In this document: positions 59,001-64,000 of the stretch, piece after piece
How positions within the stretch are numbered: the first letter of the stretch is position 1
Layout of the letters: the number at the start of each line of letters is the position of its first letter
Notes under the pieces: generated by a model
What the model was told of the DNA's origin: nothing
What the model saw: the letters and a program-made list of their open reading frames with translations, nothing else
Database searches by the model: none
Program-made: the position numbers and the translations under genes
Origin: Anthoceros angustus
Lineage: Eukaryota > Plantae > Anthocerotophyta
NCBI GenBank assembly: GCA_010909165.1
Contig: MU008159.1
Span: forward strand, 310,001-374,000
Direction: 5' to 3'
Length of the DNA stretch: 64,000 nt

Positions 59001-62000
59001 ATAAGAATGGTGAGCCGGTACCAACACATATATGCTTTGGTAACATGAAAATGAGTGCAAGCCACATCCTCAAAGATTTCATGTCTCGAAAATTCATCAA
59101 CCCCATATCACTAAAGTGATGAGGATAGTCATCAAACACCGGTGCATAAACATATGGTTTTATGTTTTTGTCGCATCTTGAATTCGCATAGGATGTCTAG
59201 ACCCATGGAGAGTTTTATATGCCCCGCCTTTGCAACTCAAACATATCCCGATGATTTGTGGATGTCGCAACCGAGCACTTCATGTGGCTCATGAGACTCT
59301 ATATACAACATGAGGCGGGGTCTATTTTTGCTGGATATTTCGTCCTTTGATTACTTTTTCTTAATTGCCATAATATATGCGGATGTCAAGATGCACAAGA
59401 GGGCTTTTCCTCCTTTGTAAAAATAAATGCTATAAAGAAAAGGTACCCCATTGCCCGCATTTGGGCATACACTTGCAAAGTTTTGCTCCTTGCTTCGTGA
59501 GCATATGTTGGAACCGTGGCAATATCCATGACACCACATTGCACGCCGGATTAATTTTTCAAACACCGACTCTACCTCAAGTTGTGATGCTCCCGCATGC
59601 ACTTGGTATCATAGTGCATGCACACATGCATCCATGCATTATCATGCTTTTGAAAACATACATAGTCACGCGGCCTACCTCGACAAGCATGTAGGACCAT
59701 TTGCACCTATCTATTTAATTAGTCCTTGGTCCTCAACAAGCAAAACCATTTGTGTCTTTGTTCTCGAGGACTTTTGTACCTTTTCCATTTATCTTATAGT
59801 CTCTCTCGGACTTTCGCCAAAAACAAACAAACAAACAAACAAAACCATTTGCCATCTATTGAATTAGTCCTTGGTCCTTGAAAAGCGATACCATTTGCCA
59901 TCTATTGAATTAGTCCTTGGTCCTTGAAAAGCAATACCATTTGCCATCTATTGAATTAGTCCTTGGTCCTTGAAAAGCAATACCATTTGCCATCTATTGA
60001 ATTAGTCCTTGGTCTCTTAAACCAAATGCCATTTGCAATCTATTTAATTAGTCTTGGTCCTTGGTCCTGACAACAAGACCATTTACTATTTTATGTAATT
60101 CGTCCTTGGTCCTCGACAACCAAGACCAAATGATTTGAAAAGCTATTTTTAATAAGTCCTTGGTCCTCGACATCCAAGACCATTTGCTTAATGTCAAAAT
60201 AACTATCTAGCTAGCTATATATGCATTATACAATACTTTAGGTAGCCATGCCATAACATTGTCTTGCTAAATTGTCTAGTGGAAGAGGTAGGGAACGAGT
60301 TCTTCGAGATCATTCTCAAGGAGGACCAGAAGGCCACCCACATCTAGATGCACGTGAGGCAGTATACACCGGAATACATGATGGATCCGGCGTGAGGATG
60401 CGATGTGGAGGTGCTGAGAGGCCAAGAGCTAGTGTTGGGCAGTGGCAGGCGCGGTGAGGCGCAAGTGCAGCAGGTGGGCGCACCGCAAGCGCAGCGGTGG
60501 CGCACGTGGAGGAGCAACAGCAGAAGCGTCACAGTGGAGTCCGGCGGAGCTCGGGATGGAGCCGAGCGCGAGTATCAACTCCTGGTCATGCTTGCTCATG
60601 ACCCGATGAGATGTGTCTCTCAATAGGCATGCAGCAGACAATTTTCCCATCCAGAGTTGGCGGGGTGGCCATCCCGCAGACACCCGAGATGCACCTCAAA
60701 TTAGCAATAGGAGTAGAGATCCACTGCAGAGCCTCATACGTGCACGAGAGTTCCATTCAAATGGGCACAAGTTACGGGACTCCACCTAGGAGCCCGGGGC
60801 CGGCGCTTGGGAGCGCAACCTTAGTAGTAGCCCTTGAGGCCGAACCTTGGAGCCCGACCCTTGAACCTAAGCCCCGACTCGTGTTACATGTCTCACGGCC
60901 GACTCCCTCAATTGGCCCGCATGGAATAAGTAAAAAAGCATCGCCGGAGTCTAAATGATGGAGTTTAGGTGTATGCGGATTGCCACACTCTTGTGTGTAC
61001 TCTTTTGAGAGTAATTAATTGAGCATCAAAGTGGTTAGTACATGGCCCGCTACTTGAGGCCTAGTGTGTTTTGTAATAATCTTGTTGTTATAAAATAAAG
61101 TTCCACTCCATAACAAAACAACACAAAAAGTTCCTTCTATTTTATGAGATTCCTCAAGTTCCTTGGGTCCGAGTGTAGTGGCGAGAACCTAAGCCCGCTG
61201 CTTACAGCGTATGATATAATTTATAAGTATCTCACGCTTTGAGGAGATATCATGCTATAGTTAGTATTCTAACGAGCTGTTGTTGTGGGTACAATTAGCC
61301 CTTTGCGTCTTCTTTAACTCATCTTCCAAGAAAGAAAAACAATTACAGACTTCTAAGCACGTGAGTGCGCCGAGAACCGAGAAGGATGAAGGATAGGAGA
61401 AACTCTTTATGGAGGAAAGCAAGTAAGGATTCCATACTTTAGAGATAGAGTGTGTAGAGACAGCGAGTGGTTTAAAGATAGGACAAAATGTAGAACCATT
61501 TCGATATATTCTGATGGCTTGTTCTTGCCAAGCGGGTAATCAATTGAGGAGAGAAGATGAAGGGGATGTCGCGCTTGCACATAGTCATGGTACCTACCAA
61601 CCTGTGAAGCACATCAAAAGCGCCCATGAGCCAAAGTTACACTAAATCGCATGCCTCGCCACCTACTTACATTCATGGAAAATATCAGCCATGAATGGCA
61701 AAAATCAATGGACTTGATGTTATTCACTCACCCAGCCGAGGAAGCTCACAAGATTTGAGATACGTATATACACTTGGAATCTACGCTTTGAGTAACTCCT
61801 AATACAACATCGTAAACAATCAGAAACTGCGGATTGCCTCGACCTTGTAGGCGCTCACGCCGCCATACCATTAATGCACCCCGCCACCTTGAGGAGATGC
61901 GGCGGTGTCGGTGGCAGCCGTCCTTGCGTTAATGGTTTTGTTCTTAGCTCTTGACTTTCTGCGATACGCACCATTTCATGTACACCATGCATCATGCAAC

Positions 62001-64000
62001 ATGCGATCAACATACACTAGCATCTCTACGGTATCTATACTATCACTATATGGTCGCTATATAACCACGATACCATAAGTATCCGCTATACTGGTTGCTA
62101 CATGACCATACGTACATACATCTTATTGTGTATCACATGCCTATGCATACACATTCCACACACATGCATTCCTAAGTTCCTAAAGGCTGTTCTCACCCAC
62201 AGAGAAGCTCACAAGATTTCGAGATCCGTATGTCCGCACCTTGGAATCTGCTGAGTAACTCCTAATACAAACATCAACAATCCGGGGATTGCCTCGGTTC
62301 TTGTAGGCCGCTACCGCGCCATACCATTAATGCACCCCGCCACCTTGAGGAGATGCGCCGCCGAGGCGCCGCCTTGCGTTAATGGTTTTGTTCTTAGCTC
62401 TTGACTTTCTGCGCGCATTTCATGTACACCATGCATCATGCAACATGCGATCAACATACACTAGCATCTCTACGGTATCTATACTATCACTATATGGTCG
62501 CTATATAACCACGATACCATAAGTATCCGCTATACTGGTTGCTACATGACCATACGTACATACATCTTATTGTGTATCACATGCCTATGCATACACATTC
62601 CACACACATGCATTCCTAAGTTCCTAAGGCACATTCTCCTCGCTTGTGTGCTATGACAATCACGCCATACATTTTGCATAAAGTCATAATGGTACCTAAA
62701 CTACCAGAAGCACATCAAAGTTGCGCATGAGCCAAAGTTACACTAAATCGCATGCCCGCCACCTACTTACATTCATGGAAAATATCGAGCCTGAATGGCC
62801 CCCACTTGCTCAAAGTTGGGGGCATACTTGTCAAAAGAGCACCACTTTGGGCACTGTGCAGCACAATCATGAAAGCCAATCACCGGTTGCTTATCCAACG
62901 ACAATAAAAGTACTGGCTACCGGATCTGTTGGGGTTGAGCCGATTTTCATATGCATGGCTCTCCTCATCTTGGATTGTGGCTCTGTTTGACTTGTCCGGG
63001 CAATGAATGTCGAGGCCGGCGGCTCCGTTATCATCACTACTCTCGAGAAACTATATATCTCGCGGACGTGCACCATAGGTTGAGAGGTAGTCAGCGCATA
63101 TGATCATGACTTGCTGCTAAGAGTGTGGCTAACACTGCATGGCTTTGTCGATCCATCCCAAGTTGCCATGTCAGAAGTTGCGATGAGATCATAAGAATGG
63201 TGAGGCCGGTAAACACATATATGCTGCTTTGGTAACATGAAAATGAGCAAGCCACATCCTCAAAGATTTCATGTCTCGAAATTCATCAGGCCCCCATATC
63301 ACTAAAGTGGACGAGGATAGTCATCAAACACGGTGCATAAACATATGGTTTTATGTTTTGCAATAAGCATCTTCGTCGCAATAGGATGTCTAGACCCATG
63401 GGAGAGTTTTATGCCCCGCCTTTGCAACTCAAACATATCCCGATGATTTGTGGGATAATACGCAAGAGCACTTCATGTGGCTCATGAGACTCTATATACA
63501 ACAAGTGAGGGGTCTATTTTTGCTGGATATTTCTGCGTCCTTTGATTACTTTTCTTAATTGCCATAATATATGCAGGATGTCAAGATGCACAAGAGGGCT
63601 TTTCCTCACCGTAAAAATAAATGCTATAAAGAAAAGGTACCCCATTGCCCGCATTTGGGCATACACTTACAAAGTTTTGCTCCTTGCTCGTGAGCATATG
63701 TTGGAACCGTGGCAATATCCATGACACCACATTGCATCACTGGATTAATTTTTTCAAACACCGACTCTACCTCAAGTTGTGATGCTCCCGCATGCACTTG
63801 GTATCATAGTGCATGCACACATGCATCCATGCATTATCATGCTTTTGAAAACAGCTTTTTAAAACATACATAGTCACCTGGCCAGTCCTCGGCCTCGACA
63901 AGCATGTAGGACCATTTGCACCTATCTATTTAATTAGTCCTTGGTCCTCAACAAGCAAAACCATTTGTGTCTTTGTTCTCGAGGACTTTTGTACCTTTTT
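53080..64000 (+). repeat. Tandem array of a ~3.7-kb apparently non-coding unit (53080-56826, 56827-61631, 61632 to window end)
   Basis: Landmark CAAAGTTACACTAAATCGCATGCC at 53081, 56827 and 61632; units 2 and 3 carry extra local duplications (56649-58810, ~1110 bp; 61741-62640, ~463 bp). Confidence 0.9.
55018..55240 (+). repeat. 46-bp minisatellite inside the 3.7-kb unit (also 59846-60070 and 19036-19170)
   Basis: CCATTTGCCATCTATTGAATTAGTCCTTGGTCCTTGAAAAGCAATA head-to-tail; about five copies here and at 59846, three at 19036. Confidence 0.95.

Noticed and set aside
1-64000. tRNA, rRNA or host protein-coding genes
   Set aside because: None recognised; tRNA complementarity is limited to retrotransposon PBSs.

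Overview
Eukaryotic, transposon-packed window, most likely from a non-seed land plant (inference from Tork/Tnt1-like copia, chromodomain gypsy, Athila/Tat-like gypsy and tRNA-iMet PBSs). No host genes or RNA genes were recognised. Main discovery: a TIR DNA-transposon family that carries a DNA amino-methyltransferase-like gene. Element 1 (770-14017) has 5'-AACACGA termini and a 4-bp TTAT TSD. It is inserted cleanly into a gypsy integrase frame and encodes a Sola-like D-D-D transposase (minus strand) back-to-back with a ParB-like plus beta-class N4C/N6A methyltransferase-like gene (plus strand). Element 2 (43876-47394) has the same terminal motif and a TTCT TSD. It has no recognisable transposase but keeps a diverged homologue of the same methyltransferase-like gene. 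In both, the catalytic motif IV position reads DVPR-like rather than DPPY, so activity is unproven. The rest is nested LTR retrotransposons (copia inside copia inside gypsy) and a tandem array of a ~3.7-kb non-coding unit running off the right end. Caveat: the window has ten local tandem duplications whose copies differ mostly by small indels, and almost every gene is frameshifted. This pattern suggests error-prone long-read assembly, so frameshifts may not be biological. All protein reconstructions were made by eye across frames, with no database search.
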